Shown: piece by piece, positions 27,053-37,302 of the stretch | How positions within the stretch are numbered: the first letter of the stretch is position 1 | Layout: each line of letters begins with the position of its first letter | DNA from: Collimonas fungivorans Ter331 | Lineage (GTDB): Bacteria; Pseudomonadota; Gammaproteobacteria; Burkholderiales; Burkholderiaceae_D | Assembly: GCF_000221045.1 (NCBI RefSeq) | Contig: NC_015856.1 | Span: 2,622,542-2,686,541 of the forward strand | DNA length: 64,000 nt | Direction: 5' to 3' | Notes under the pieces: model-generated | Databases searched by the model: none | What the model saw: only the letters and a program-made list of their open reading frames with translations | Told to the model about the DNA's origin: nothing | Program-made: the position numbers and the translations under genes

Positions 27053-28204
27053 TCAATCCAGCGTGCGCCGGTAAAAGCGCAGCGCGATGCCCATCACGAT
27101 CAGGGTAAACAGCATCAGCGGCCAGACATTGGGCCAGAGGTCGATCCAGCCGTTGCCCTTGAGCAGGATGCCGCGTATCAGGCGGTTGAAATAAGTCAGC
27201 GGCAGCAGGTTGCCGATGAATTGCGCCCATTTCGGCATGCCCTGGAACGGAAACATGAAACCCGACAACAGGATATTCGGCAAGAAGTAGAACATGGTCA
27301 GCTGCATGGCCTGCAACTGGTTTTGCGCGATCGACGACAAGGTGATGCCGACTGTGAGGCTGGCGGCAATGAACAGCAGCGCCGCCAGGTAAATCGCCAG
27401 CACGCTGCCGGCAAACGGCACATGGAACATGAAACGCGCGCCGAGCAGGATGATGCTGGCCTGGATCAGGCCGATCGCGATATAGGGCATGATCTTGCCG
27501 GTCATGACTTCCACCGGCGACACCGGCGTCGCCAGCAGGTTTTCCATGGTGCCGCGCTCGCGCTCGCGGGTCATCGACAAGCCGGTCATCATCACCATCG
27601 TCATCGACAGGATCACGCCCATCAATCCCGGCACGACGTTGTACTGGGTCACGCCCTCCGGGTTATACAGCCGCTGCACCTGCACATCGAAGGCCGGCGC
27701 GCCGCCGCTGAACCTGGCCAGCGCGCCCTTCAAGTCCTTGTTGGCCACCGATTGCACCAGCTGCGGCAAGGCCGCCAGCGCCATGCCGGTGGCGGTAGGA
27801 TCGGTGGCGTCGGCTTCGACCAGCAGCGCCGGCCGTTCGCCGCGCAGCAGGCTGCGGGTGAAATCGGCAGGAATATTCAGCACGAACAGCACTTTTCCTT
27901 GCGCCAGCGCGGTGCGGCCGGCGGCCTCGTTCGGCAACTCGGCCACGATGTCGAAATAGTCGGACGCTTTCATGGCGGCGATGAAGGTGCGTGTGAATTC
28001 ACTATGGTCGGCGCTGATGACTGCGGTCGGCATGTGCTTCGGATCGCTGTTGATGGCGAAACCGAACAGCAGCATCTGCATGATCGGAATCACCGTGATC
28101 ATGCGCACCGTGACGCGGTCGCGCATCAGCTGCAGGAATTCCTTGAGCACGATGCTCCACCAGCGCATGAATGAAAACCCCGAAAAACCGGCAAACCCGC
28201 TCAT
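27053..28204 (-). CDS. ABC-2 type transporter permease
   Basis: Six-TM ABC-2 permease with MRWWSIVLKEFLQLMRDR near the N-terminus. ATG at 28204 overlaps the ATPase stop (ATGA). Confidence 0.75.
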   Translation of the reverse strand: MSGFAGFSGFSFMRWWSIVLKEFLQLMRDRVTVRMITVIPIMQMLLFGFAINSDPKHMPTAVISADHSEFTRTFIAAMKASDYFDIVAELPNEAAGRTALAQGKVLFVLNIPADFTRSLLRGERPALLVEADATDPTATGMALAALPQLVQSVANKDLKGALARFSGGAPAFDVQVQRLYNPEGVTQYNVVPGLMGVILSMTMVMMTGLSMTRERERGTMENLLATPVSPVEVMTGKIMPYIAIGLIQASIILLGARFMFHVPFAGSVLAIYLAALLFIAASLTVGITLSSIAQNQLQAMQLTMFYFLPNILLSGFMFPFQGMPKWAQFIGNLLPLTYFNRLIRGILLKGNGWIDLWPNVWPLMLFTLIVMGIALRFYRRTLD

Positions 28205-29190
28205 GGCTGGTCTCCGAAATTGTCGGCCGAACGGTTCATCATGTAGATGAAGACATCTTCCAGGCTGGTGTCTATCTGCTCCATGCGCAAACCCTGGCCC
28301 TCGGTCATCTGGCGCAAGGTTTTCTCCAGCAGCGCGGCGTCCTTGCCGCACACGTGCAAGGAGGTGCCGAACACCACCAGCTGGTCTACCCCGGGCTGGT
28401 TGTGCAGCTGCTGGGACAGGCCGACCAGCTTGTTGTCGTGGATATCGCTGTCGCGCTTGTTGTAGATGGCCCAGGTAGTCAAGCCCTGCCCGGCGACAAC
28501 TTCGGCAGCCGTACCCTGCACCAGCAACTGGCCGTAAGCCAGGTAGGCCAGTTTGTGGCAGCGCTCGGCCTCGTCCATGTAATGGGTGCTGACCAAGACG
28601 CTGATGCCCTCGGCCGCCAGCCTGTGCAGCTCTTCCCAGAAATCGCGGCGCGCGGCCGGATCGACGCCGGCGGTGGGCTCGTCCAGCAACAGCAGTTCCG
28701 GCTGGTGTAGCATGCTGGCAGCCAGCGCCAGCCTTTGTTTCCAGCCGCCGGACAAGGAGCCGGCCAACTGTTTGGCGCGGCTGGCCAGCCCCAGTTTCTC
28801 CAGGCTCTGGTCGACCACTTCCTTGCGGTTCTTCATTTCATAGATGCGAGCGACGAAATCGAGGTTCTCGCGGATGCTGAGATCGTCCCAGTAGGAGAAT
28901 TTCTGCGTCATATAGCCGACCCGGCGCTTGATCTCGCCGCTTTGCTTGATGATATCGAAACCCATGCAAGTGCCATGGCCCGAATCGGGAGTCAGCAAAC
29001 CGCACATCATCCGGATCGAAGTAGTCTTGCCGCTGCCGTTCGGCCCCAGGAAACCGAAGATCTCGCCGCGCCGCACCTGCAGCGAAAGGTCTTTCACCAC
29101 ATGCTTGCTGCCGAAGTGTTTGTTGATGCGATCGACATCGACCACCAGGTCGCCGTTGGTTTTGTTCGCGCTAGCGGTCGGCGCCGTCAT
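28201..29190 (-). CDS. ABC transporter ATP-binding protein
   Basis: Walker A GPNGSGKTT, signature LSGGWKQRLALAASM, Walker B LLLLDEPTAGVD. Confidence 0.85.
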   Translation of the reverse strand: MTAPTASANKTNGDLVVDVDRINKHFGSKHVVKDLSLQVRRGEIFGFLGPNGSGKTTSIRMMCGLLTPDSGHGTCMGFDIIKQSGEIKRRVGYMTQKFSYWDDLSIRENLDFVARIYEMKNRKEVVDQSLEKLGLASRAKQLAGSLSGGWKQRLALAASMLHQPELLLLDEPTAGVDPAARRDFWEELHRLAAEGISVLVSTHYMDEAERCHKLAYLAYGQLLVQGTAAEVVAGQGLTTWAIYNKRDSDIHDNKLVGLSQQLHNQPGVDQLVVFGTSLHVCGKDAALLEKTLRQMTEGQGLRMEQIDTSLEDVFIYMMNRSADNFGDQP

Positions 29191-30167
29191 GGCAGCCTCA
29201 CTTCCAGCGGCTGCCCGGGATGCAGCTTGAGGGCGTCGGCCGGCGCCGGGCGCGCTTCTATCATGTAGACCAGCTTGGCGCGCGACTGGTTGCTGTAGAT
29301 GATCGGCGGGTTATATTCGGATTCGGTCGAGATGTAGGAAATGTGCGCCGCGACGTTCGCCTGGCAACCGTCGCAGCCGAGCGTCACCGCCTGGTTCACC
29401 TGCAGCCGCCCCAGCACGGTTTCGGGCACGAAAAAGCGGATCTTCACATTCTCGGGCGGCAGCATGCGCAGTACCGGACTGCCGGCCGCCACCCATTCGC
29501 CTTCACGGTACATGGTATCGAACACCAGTCCGCTGCGGGTCGCCGTGACGTTTTTTTGCGCCAGTTTCCAGTCGGCCTGCTCCAGCACCGCCTGCGCTGC
29601 CGCGACCTGGGCCTGTTGCGCCCGGACCTGCGCCTCGCGGTTGGGCAAACGATCCACCGCCAGCTGGCTTTGCCATTGTCTGACTTGCGCCGCGGCGGTC
29701 TCGGCGGCGGCGCGTGAATCGTCCAGTTGCTGTTTGGCGATGCCGCCAGCCTGGAACTGGATCTGGTCACGGCTGAGCTGGAGCGCGGCCTTTGTGGCTG
29801 TGGTCTGGGCCTGGGCCAGTTGCGCGCGCGTTATTTCCTGCTCCTGAGGCCGCTTGCCGCTCTTGATATCGGCCAGTTGCGCCTCGGCCGCGCTCAGCTG
29901 GTGCTGGGCCTGGCGCTGGGCGGCGGCTTCATCGCCCGATTCCAGCATGAACACCGGCGCGCCCAACGCCACCTGCTGTCCGCGCAAGACCGACAGGCGA
30001 TCGAGGCGGCCGGCTTGCGACGAGGCGATATAGACATACTCGCCTTCCACGTATCCCTGCCAGTCGTTGTCGTTGCTCGGCGTGCAGGCCGCCAAGGCCA
30101 GATAGCCCAAAACCGCAAGCACAAGTGTCGAAGATCGCAGAAAACGTCTGGCAAGGCTGGGCGGCAT
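29187..30167 (-). CDS. HlyD-family membrane fusion (periplasmic adaptor) protein
   Basis: N-terminal anchor and coiled-coil Gln/Ala-rich hairpin with flanking beta-barrel motifs. ATGA overlap with the ABC ATPase gene. Confidence 0.8.
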   Translation of the reverse strand: MPPSLARRFLRSSTLVLAVLGYLALAACTPSNDNDWQGYVEGEYVYIASSQAGRLDRLSVLRGQQVALGAPVFMLESGDEAAAQRQAQHQLSAAEAQLADIKSGKRPQEQEITRAQLAQAQTTATKAALQLSRDQIQFQAGGIAKQQLDDSRAAAETAAAQVRQWQSQLAVDRLPNREAQVRAQQAQVAAAQAVLEQADWKLAQKNVTATRSGLVFDTMYREGEWVAAGSPVLRMLPPENVKIRFFVPETVLGRLQVNQAVTLGCDGCQANVAAHISYISTESEYNPPIIYSNQSRAKLVYMIEARPAPADALKLHPGQPLEVRLP

Positions 30168-30182
30168 GGGATTTTTCCTCTG

Positions 30183-30881
30183 CTATTCGTCGGTGTGCGG
30201 ATCGCTATGCAAGGTAGATGACGCGGCGGGCAGCGCCAGCCCGTGCAGCAGCAGCGCCGTGACATGCCGCTTCAGCACGTCCTTGTCCAGCAGCGCCACC
30301 TGGTTCAGGGGCGGCGGCGGCATGGGACCGTTCTTCAAGGTGCGCGCCATCGCCAGCGGCAGCATCGTCAGGCCGAGCACCGAAATAAAGATCAGGGCCG
30401 GCTCCAGCCCCGGGTTGATGGCTCCCGCCCGCTGGCTGCGGCCGACGTTCTCGGCGAAGCGGGCCAGCTTGGCCAGCGGCACCCGCTGCACCATGCGCTC
30501 CCGCAGCTCGCCGCCGTCGCTCAGGACTTCGCGCACCCACAAGGCTGGTATCCACGGCATGATTTCAGTGGTCGCGATCATGCGCTCGACGATGCCCATG
30601 ATCATCTGTTCCGGCGCCTCGTTGCCTGTGACCGGATCCCAGATGCTGTTGACGAACAGGCACAGCCGCTCATCGACCACGGCCTCGATCAGCTGATCGC
30701 GGTTCTTGAAGTAGTAATGCACCATGGCGGGAGTAACGCCGGCCTGGCGTGCAATCGCCGCCACCGTGGTTGCCGCGACGCCTTGCGACGAGAACAGCAA
30801 TGTAGCGGTATCGAGCAGTTTTTCGCGCGGGTCCCGGTCTGAAGCCAGGGGCCGGCCGCGCATTGAGGCTGGTTTGGTCAT
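30183..30881 (-). CDS. TetR-family transcriptional regulator
   Basis: LLDTATLLFSSQGVAATTVAAIARQAGVTPAMVHYYFKNRDQL is a TetR HTH. It is the first gene of the efflux operon. Confidence 0.85.
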   Translation of the reverse strand: MTKPASMRGRPLASDRDPREKLLDTATLLFSSQGVAATTVAAIARQAGVTPAMVHYYFKNRDQLIEAVVDERLCLFVNSIWDPVTGNEAPEQMIMGIVERMIATTEIMPWIPALWVREVLSDGGELRERMVQRVPLAKLARFAENVGRSQRAGAINPGLEPALIFISVLGLTMLPLAMARTLKNGPMPPPPLNQVALLDKDVLKRHVTALLLHGLALPAASSTLHSDPHTDE

Positions 30882-31036
30882 GAACCAATATTAATCAATG
30901 CATTAATTAATTACAAGGACAGATATGCAGCTCGGAATACAATGGAAAACGGATAAATCACATCAGGAATGTGATTTATCCGTTTGGTTTAATACTGTTT
31001 TATTTTTTCAGGCAATTATCACCGTCGATCATGCAT

Positions 31037-33001
31037 TCATGCGCGCGGCGTTTCATCATGCTTCAGGGTCTGCGCCAGTTCGCCGGCCTTCAACGATCCC
31101 ATCAGCGACAACAAGGTATTAAAGGCATTGGTGTCACCGCCGCCGCCCATCTGGATCTGCGGCACCAACGGCACTTTCGACGTTTCGAACGCTTCCGCCA
31201 GGCGCAGCATCACTGTCTGCATCAGCTGCTTGTCGGCGCCCTCTCCTTGCAACGCTTCGGACTTGGCCTTGATCGCCGAGGCTTCCGCTTCACCTACCGA
31301 TTTGATCGCCGATGCGCGGCCGGAACCTTCCATTTCCTGCTTGAATTTCTCGGCATGCGCCAGCGCTTCGATTTCCTGGCGCTTCTTCTCGGCCGCTTTC
31401 ACATTGGCCGACCCCTGATTTTCCTTGATCGAAATGTCCACCAGCGATCCGGTCAGCTCCTTCTGCTTGGCCGCACGCTGCTCAGCCTCGTTGAGTTCGC
31501 GCTCCTTGTCGGCCGCGATCTGCTTCTGGGCGAACGTTTCCACCTGTTCCCGCGCAATCTGGCGGTCACGCAGCTGGGCCATGATGTTTTCGATCTTGGT
31601 GTCGCCCGGCTGCGGTTTAGGCGTACCGATCAGCACTTCCTGGAATTCCAGCGAATAGGCCTGGAAACGCTCTTTCATGTCGGCCGAAGCATTGGTCTGC
31701 AACTCGCTGCGCGACTGGATCAGCTCAATGAAGGTCTTGGTCTGCGAGACATTCTTGAAGTACGAAGAAACCATGGGATCCAGGGTCTGCTCCACCAGCT
31801 GCGCCACGTTGCCGAAACGCTGCACCACCATCGGCGCCTTGCGGTAGTCGATATGCACCACCACCGACAGCGGCAATTGCGGTTCGAAGGCATCCTTGGT
31901 GATCAGGGTGATTTCGCGCAGGTTGTTGTCGAAGCTGGAACCGCTCTCGCCGGATTTCCACATCAGCACGAAGTTTGTGGTCGGCACCAGTTCGATCTTG
32001 CCGGCGTAAGTGTTGAACGCATACTTGCCAGGCATGAGCGGATCGCGCCACACGCCGCGGCAGCCGCTCTCGACCAGTTCGCCATGGCTATATTCCTTGC
32101 CGGACAAATCGGAGCCTTTGCGGCCGGTGTACGACACCACCACACCCACATACCCGACCGGAATGATGGTCTTCTTGATCAGTTCGACCGTCGCAAACAG
32201 GCGATTGATATAGTAGGTACCTTCCACCAGCACTCGCTCCTGGCGGCCGCGCAAGCCGCTCGCAGCGAGGAATTTTTCCGGCTCCTGGAACGAGTTGTGG
32301 CTGTCGCCGACATCCGGCGCCAGCAATTCATCCTTGGGCAATCCCGGCCCATCCTGCACGGTCACGATGGCCAGCTGGTCCGAATCATGGGTGCCGGCGA
32401 CTTCCTTGAGCACAACCGGCGTAAAGCCGCTGCGCTCATCCAGCACGCCGCGCATCTGCTCGTAGTACGCCTTTTCCTTGGCATCCAGCGACAGCGAATA
32501 GGTCGCCTCTTCAGTCATGACGACAAACAGCGCCGGATTGATGATGTGCGTGCCTTCGCGCAGGATCTTGCGCTGCGGACCTTTCTGGCCGCCGCCTTCA
32601 AGGAAGGAACGGACGTCGCGGAAGTCCTCGACCTTGGCATTGTCGGCCAGGGTCTGCCCGGCAGGCAGGTCGATGCCGTCGCGCGCAAAAACATAACCGA
32701 TCTTGCCCTGGGTGACGGAAACCATGGGATGGATATGCACCCGGAACTGGAACGGCGCAAAGAAATGAAAACCGCCGCGCCTCAGGTCAGGCTGAAGACC
32801 CGCCTCGCCATGCAAGGCCAGCAAACCGGCCTTGACCGATCCGCTCGAGCTCCACAATTTCTCGACCACGCCGATCCGGTCGTTTGGAATGTATCGGATG
32901 ATGCCCGATACCGAAAAAAACACCGCAAGCACAATAGCAACTGCAACCAGAATGATAAGCGCCATGGGCAACCAGCCCAGGCTTGAGAATAGATTAGACA
33001 T
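31037..33001 (-). CDS. Flotillin-family (SPFH/Band-7) protein, YqiK-like
   Basis: N-terminal TM LPMALIILVAVAIVLAVFF, an SPFH domain, and a long C-terminal coiled coil (EQRAAKQKELTGS...EKKRQEIEALAHAEKFKQE). Confidence 0.8.
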   Translation of the reverse strand: MSNLFSSLGWLPMALIILVAVAIVLAVFFSVSGIIRYIPNDRIGVVEKLWSSSGSVKAGLLALHGEAGLQPDLRRGGFHFFAPFQFRVHIHPMVSVTQGKIGYVFARDGIDLPAGQTLADNAKVEDFRDVRSFLEGGGQKGPQRKILREGTHIINPALFVVMTEEATYSLSLDAKEKAYYEQMRGVLDERSGFTPVVLKEVAGTHDSDQLAIVTVQDGPGLPKDELLAPDVGDSHNSFQEPEKFLAASGLRGRQERVLVEGTYYINRLFATVELIKKTIIPVGYVGVVVSYTGRKGSDLSGKEYSHGELVESGCRGVWRDPLMPGKYAFNTYAGKIELVPTTNFVLMWKSGESGSSFDNNLREITLITKDAFEPQLPLSVVVHIDYRKAPMVVQRFGNVAQLVEQTLDPMVSSYFKNVSQTKTFIELIQSRSELQTNASADMKERFQAYSLEFQEVLIGTPKPQPGDTKIENIMAQLRDRQIAREQVETFAQKQIAADKERELNEAEQRAAKQKELTGSLVDISIKENQGSANVKAAEKKRQEIEALAHAEKFKQEMEGSGRASAIKSVGEAEASAIKAKSEALQGEGADKQLMQTVMLRLAEAFETSKVPLVPQIQMGGGGDTNAFNTLLSLMGSLKAGELAQTLKHDETPRA

Positions 33002-33122
33002 ACCGTTTCTTTCTTTATTTTTGTACGACTGTTTTTCCCTGCCGGCGCATCATCGCGCCAGCCGTCCTGCCATAGGGAATCCACGGCAGGATCATTTTTA
33101 CTGCTTTCCGGAATTGGGTAAC

Positions 33123-34247
33123 TCAGGAACTCCCGCTGCGATCCAGCGAAAAGCCGAAATCGCCATCGATCCAGGTGTCTTTGTCGCGGCTGATCGCCTG
33201 CGCCGGAAGCCCAGCGCTCTTGACCGAAAAACCCGGCATTTTTTTGACGGCGGTACCGATCGCCATGAATTCGACCAGCCCGCTGCCGATTTCGGCGATA
33301 TAGGTCTTCACCCCGACCACTTCCTCCGCCCCGAGCTCATCGGCTTCGTCTTTCAGGCGCGCGATGGCAATCTCGCGCGCGTCATGGATCAGCGTGGTCA
33401 GATCGCTGATCTCGCCTTTGGTGAAAGACTTGAACGCAGCCATGAAGCCGCCCACCACGCCCAGCGAGTAGATCGAAGTCGACATCAACAGCTTTACCGG
33501 GGCGTAGCCGAGACTTGTCATTGCCCACAACTCTTCACCGGTAAGATCGCTGGTGACTGGATTGCTGTCAGCGCTGGCCGGGAGCGCGCCGTGCCGCGAC
33601 GCCGTGCCGGCCATCAGCATCTCATGCGTTCCCATCCACGGCAGAATGGTCGTGCGGATGCCAACCACGGCGTTGGCGCCGTCAGCCTTGGCCTGGCTCA
33701 CCAGCCGTTCCAGCGCTTTGTGGCGGGTCGTGTTGAAGATATTGCTGTACTCGGAGATTTCACCGCGCACCAGGGTTTTCAGCGACCCCATGATGCCGCC
33801 GCCGACGCCCATGGAATAAGCGATGTTGCCGAACGCATGCTGGATCGGCTCATAGCCGGCGTCCATATGGCAGTACAGTTCCTGCGCGTCGCCGGCCGTG
33901 GTGAAGAAACGGCTGGACGCATCGCGCGCATGGACGCATGAACCGACAAACAGGAACTCTGTGCTGCCGCTGAACGACCGCAGCTCGCTGGATACCCCCG
34001 CCACGCCCGAAGCGCCGTGCTGCGCAGCTTCCTTGCGCATGCGTTCAAATGCATTCGCACGGCCTTCATGGATCGCCGCGGTCACTTGCGTGATTTCGCC
34101 GCCGAGCATGTTTTTCAGGCCGGCGCCGATCCCGCCAAGGAAACCCATCGAATTGACGCTGTTGCCGACGACGATTTCACCCGCCGAGTAATTCTTTAAA
34201 GCCAGGCAAAAAATTTCATTTCCGGATAAACCCGTTACTTTAGCCAT
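33123..34247 (-). CDS. Protein with three tandem YbjQ/UPF0145 (DUF74) domains
   Basis: Three repeats of the YbjQ core appear: GEIVVGNSVNSMGFLGG...GGEI, then GEISEYSN, then GEISDLTT with VVG..T.I motifs. Each repeat is ~110 aa. Confidence 0.7.
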   Translation of the reverse strand: MAKVTGLSGNEIFCLALKNYSAGEIVVGNSVNSMGFLGGIGAGLKNMLGGEITQVTAAIHEGRANAFERMRKEAAQHGASGVAGVSSELRSFSGSTEFLFVGSCVHARDASSRFFTTAGDAQELYCHMDAGYEPIQHAFGNIAYSMGVGGGIMGSLKTLVRGEISEYSNIFNTTRHKALERLVSQAKADGANAVVGIRTTILPWMGTHEMLMAGTASRHGALPASADSNPVTSDLTGEELWAMTSLGYAPVKLLMSTSIYSLGVVGGFMAAFKSFTKGEISDLTTLIHDAREIAIARLKDEADELGAEEVVGVKTYIAEIGSGLVEFMAIGTAVKKMPGFSVKSAGLPAQAISRDKDTWIDGDFGFSLDRSGSS

Positions 34248-34571
34248 ACGCCTTCCTTTTTATCGACAATAAATATCCAATGGACCAGCCTGAACATCCA
34301 GGCAGATGGGCCAGAGGACGAATTGATTCTGGACCTTAAAATGGAAGGCTGCTACTGATTTCGAGCAACGGTTGCTCGAATGTTTCTTCAGTCGTAGTGG
34401 AATGAATTACTGATATTCAGGCAGGATATTTCTGTTTTTGGAAGCAGATGCAGAGAGATGCTGTTCTATCAGACAGATTCAATCCGATACACGTCCAGAT
34501 CGTTCAATTTGAACGCTGGGCGTGTATCGTCGATGGCGTGAAATTTCCTCGTACGGGAATTTCCTGCTGGC

Positions 34572-35099
34572 TTACGTCAAATCCTCAGGACAGACGGCAT
34601 CTCTTGGGAGAGGCAGCACTTTTATCGGTACGGGAATCCCGTCTTTGGTCACAGACAATTTGAAGCCCCCCAGGTTAAAAAATCCCGAGGGAGGCGTGAC
34701 CGTCACGATATACGTTGCTCCGGCCTCGACAGGCATAGCCCAATCTTGTTGGCTCTCCACATTGGCGCTAGCGCCTGGTTGCGTTACCCCAAACGCAACA
34801 TGAGCACCTGCCGCCACCCTTGCCTGCTGTATTTCGCCACTGCGGTTATGCCGCGGTATGATCGCAATGACTCTGCCGAACCTGCCATTCGAAGGCAATC
34901 CCAAAAAACTCGCGCAATGAAGCGGATATCGTAAAAAGAGCCTGGTATCTGTGTAAGGCGCATCCAGCACTATGGTTGCACGGGGCACGTTGTCTGGAAC
35001 GTCTGGCACGCTTGGCCGTGGGCCAGATGCCGGCGTGGCGCAGGCGGTGAGGAATGCCATTGAAGCGATATGGGGAGCAAAACGGGTAAGGCGATACAT
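34572..35099 (-). CDS. Putative lipoprotein of unknown function
   Basis: Lipobox-like MAFLTAC near the N-terminus. This is the last high-GC gene before the low-GC tract. Confidence 0.45.
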   Translation of the reverse strand: MYRLTRFAPHIASMAFLTACATPASGPRPSVPDVPDNVPRATIVLDAPYTDTRLFLRYPLHCASFLGLPSNGRFGRVIAIIPRHNRSGEIQQARVAAGAHVAFGVTQPGASANVESQQDWAMPVEAGATYIVTVTPPSGFFNLGGFKLSVTKDGIPVPIKVLPLPRDAVCPEDLT

Positions 35100-35273
35100 A
35101 AAATCCTGTTTTAGAAAGATGAATTAAATCTCAGCGCAGCGAAATATAAAAATCAAGAAATTGCGAGAAATGTTATTGACGCTCTCAACATAGATGCTCC
35201 ATGTTATTTATAACCGTCGTCAAATGCGCTCTTTGACAAAGCTATCCAAACGTTCCGGACCTGGATTGCATAT

Positions 35274-36080
35274 TTATCGATACGGAGATTGTGATTTTTC
35301 AATCTGGGCATTGATATCATGCGATGTCAAAAAACTCTGCACGTAGGCTTCGGCATCCCTGTCCAAATTACTTGGACCAATCACAACTTCTCGTATGCAA
35401 CTCAATATGTTTGGTGTTTCGCAATAAGGCGTGAGGCCATATTTTCCATAGCGCCAGAAAATTTTCGGGTGTGTGGCGTCATAAATGACCCTCCATTCGT
35501 TCTCTTCTCTAAACACAGGGTGTTTGAAAAATGCACACATTTGATTGATGTAATCTCGCGCAGGCTGGGTGGTGCCGTTTTTGATTTTCTCGTGCGCCTG
35601 GCCGAAGCTCGCGATTTTTTCTAAGTGCGGTTTCATTCCGTCCGCATCGCCATAAATAACAGGCGCAAACCTCCAATCTTCCTCCGTATTTTCCAACGAA
35701 GTAACCGCATAATTATTATCTAGTATCGGTGCACCGACCACCATGCGCAGCGCATTGATATCGAATCCAATGGCGAATCCTGCCCCTTTATCGGCGTATG
35801 CCACCCATTGGCCAACAGAGTCTCTTTGTTTAGACAGACAACAAATATAGAAATCGCTTAAATCTTCGAGCAAATCAAAATGTACTTGCAAAGTAGTGTA
35901 AAAACTGTCAAGTGATTTATCTTGCTTAACCAGTCCGGCAAGGTACTCGAACGCTTTCTCTTTAAAATAATCTCGCTCATACTTGTCGTTGGTCTTTCTC
36001 GCATTCGTAAGTCGAAGTTTTCCAGACTCAATGATTGAGACAAATGCCGATGCGTCGCAGTAGTGATAAATGGTAGTCAT
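35274..36080 (-). CDS. DUF2971-family protein
   Basis: The N-terminus IYHYCDASAFVSIIESGKLRLTNARKTNDKYE matches the DUF2971 signature (YHYT...IL....l.ls....NDp.E). The gene is low-GC. Confidence 0.6.
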   Translation of the reverse strand: MTTIYHYCDASAFVSIIESGKLRLTNARKTNDKYERDYFKEKAFEYLAGLVKQDKSLDSFYTTLQVHFDLLEDLSDFYICCLSKQRDSVGQWVAYADKGAGFAIGFDINALRMVVGAPILDNNYAVTSLENTEEDWRFAPVIYGDADGMKPHLEKIASFGQAHEKIKNGTTQPARDYINQMCAFFKHPVFREENEWRVIYDATHPKIFWRYGKYGLTPYCETPNILSCIREVVIGPSNLDRDAEAYVQSFLTSHDINAQIEKSQSPYR

Positions 36081-36351
36081 TTTTTTTGCCCCATAGTTCT
36101 ACGATTCGATCTGCATCGTTTCTAAACGACCGGCCGAGATGGCCGATTGTTGTCCTTCAATGGGGATTTAACCGTGACAAAAATCTGTCGCTGCATGCAC
36201 CGGGCAGTCTAAGCTGATACAGCTAAATCGATACCAAGAATGGCTCGATTATAGTCTTACGAACGGCCAGGTGCCGATTCGTCATCAAACAGCTTTTGCT
36301 GCCGCTTGTTCACTTCTCGCTTGTGGACCCGGTTGATCAGCTTGGGGGACT

Positions 36352-36449
36352 GGGGTCAAGTCTTGCAATGACACATTGTCGAAATCCGATTCCAAGAAAA
36401 TCAAACTTAGATTTTTAGCGTGTTATGTGTCACGGCAAGACTTGACCCC
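36352..36449. repeat. 25-bp imperfect inverted repeat flanking a 48-bp spacer (MITE/recombination-site-like)
   Basis: GGGGTCAAGTCTTGCAATGACACAT at 36352..36376 is opposed to ATGTGTCACGGCAAGACTTGACCCC at 36425..36449 (22/25 complementary). It lies inside the low-GC tract between two orphan genes. Confidence 0.5.
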
Positions 36450-36472
36450 GAGTTTTCGTGCTTCTCTGTCAC

Positions 36473-37081
36473 TTAAGGCGGGGTAACGCGCATAGACAAA
36501 ATTATTTGATCTGGAAAATCTTCCAAGCTTCCGGGAGCTCCGCCAACTATCAATCCCCCATAGTTTTTGTCCGGATAAAACAATTCTTCATTAGAGTCAT
36601 ATTCCAAATCTGTAATTGATAGCATCGCATCTACACGATCACCAAGCTTCACTCCGTGCTGTAATTTTCCTTGATATGAATTTCTGTAGACGCCAAGGGT
36701 TTCATCCAAAAAATCCACTAGCCATGCAGCGACAATTAAAACTTTATTTTCCTTTATAGACACCACCAACGCACGCGTCTCAACGCTCGGATTGTCCGGA
36801 GAATCAAATACGAGATTCCAGTTAGTTAAAGATTTTTCATAAATAGAAAAGCACAAATACCTAGAGCCGCTATCTTCAATGCTTTCTCTCAATTGAAGAA
36901 CTGGCGATTCTTCAAATTGATACAAATTATTTTTTTCGTCTACAACGTATCTGGCGAGATTTTTTTCCAGCAAATACAATGGTGCCCCTATTGGGATTCC
37001 GGCCAAAGAACTATAAGGAATGACAGGAGCTTTCCAATTAATTTCGATATCTGACGCTGTCCAATAATTTTCCATCACCAT
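36473..37081 (-). CDS. Hypothetical protein (202 aa) in the low-GC tract; candidate orphan immunity/accessory protein
   Basis: Intact low-GC ORF with AT-rich codon usage unlike the host. No domain recognised. Confidence 0.5.
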   Translation of the reverse strand: MVMENYWTASDIEINWKAPVIPYSSLAGIPIGAPLYLLEKNLARYVVDEKNNLYQFEESPVLQLRESIEDSGSRYLCFSIYEKSLTNWNLVFDSPDNPSVETRALVVSIKENKVLIVAAWLVDFLDETLGVYRNSYQGKLQHGVKLGDRVDAMLSITDLEYDSNEELFYPDKNYGGLIVGGAPGSLEDFPDQIILSMRVTPP

Positions 37082-37302
37082 TTGACTTCTGTTTTCATTA
37101 TCCGATGTTATCGAAGAATATCGATGCGCAGGTCTTCAACAAGCCATAAAAACGACTGAGGGTCGCTTTCTTTGAGAATTGATGAGAATGGACGGACATG
37201 TTGATGCTAGTCATTGCAGACACTCTCTCACTTTTACTCCCGTTGTCCGCACCAGACAATTGTTCGGAGATCGCTAAACCAATGATTTTTCCGTAACAAA
37301 AT

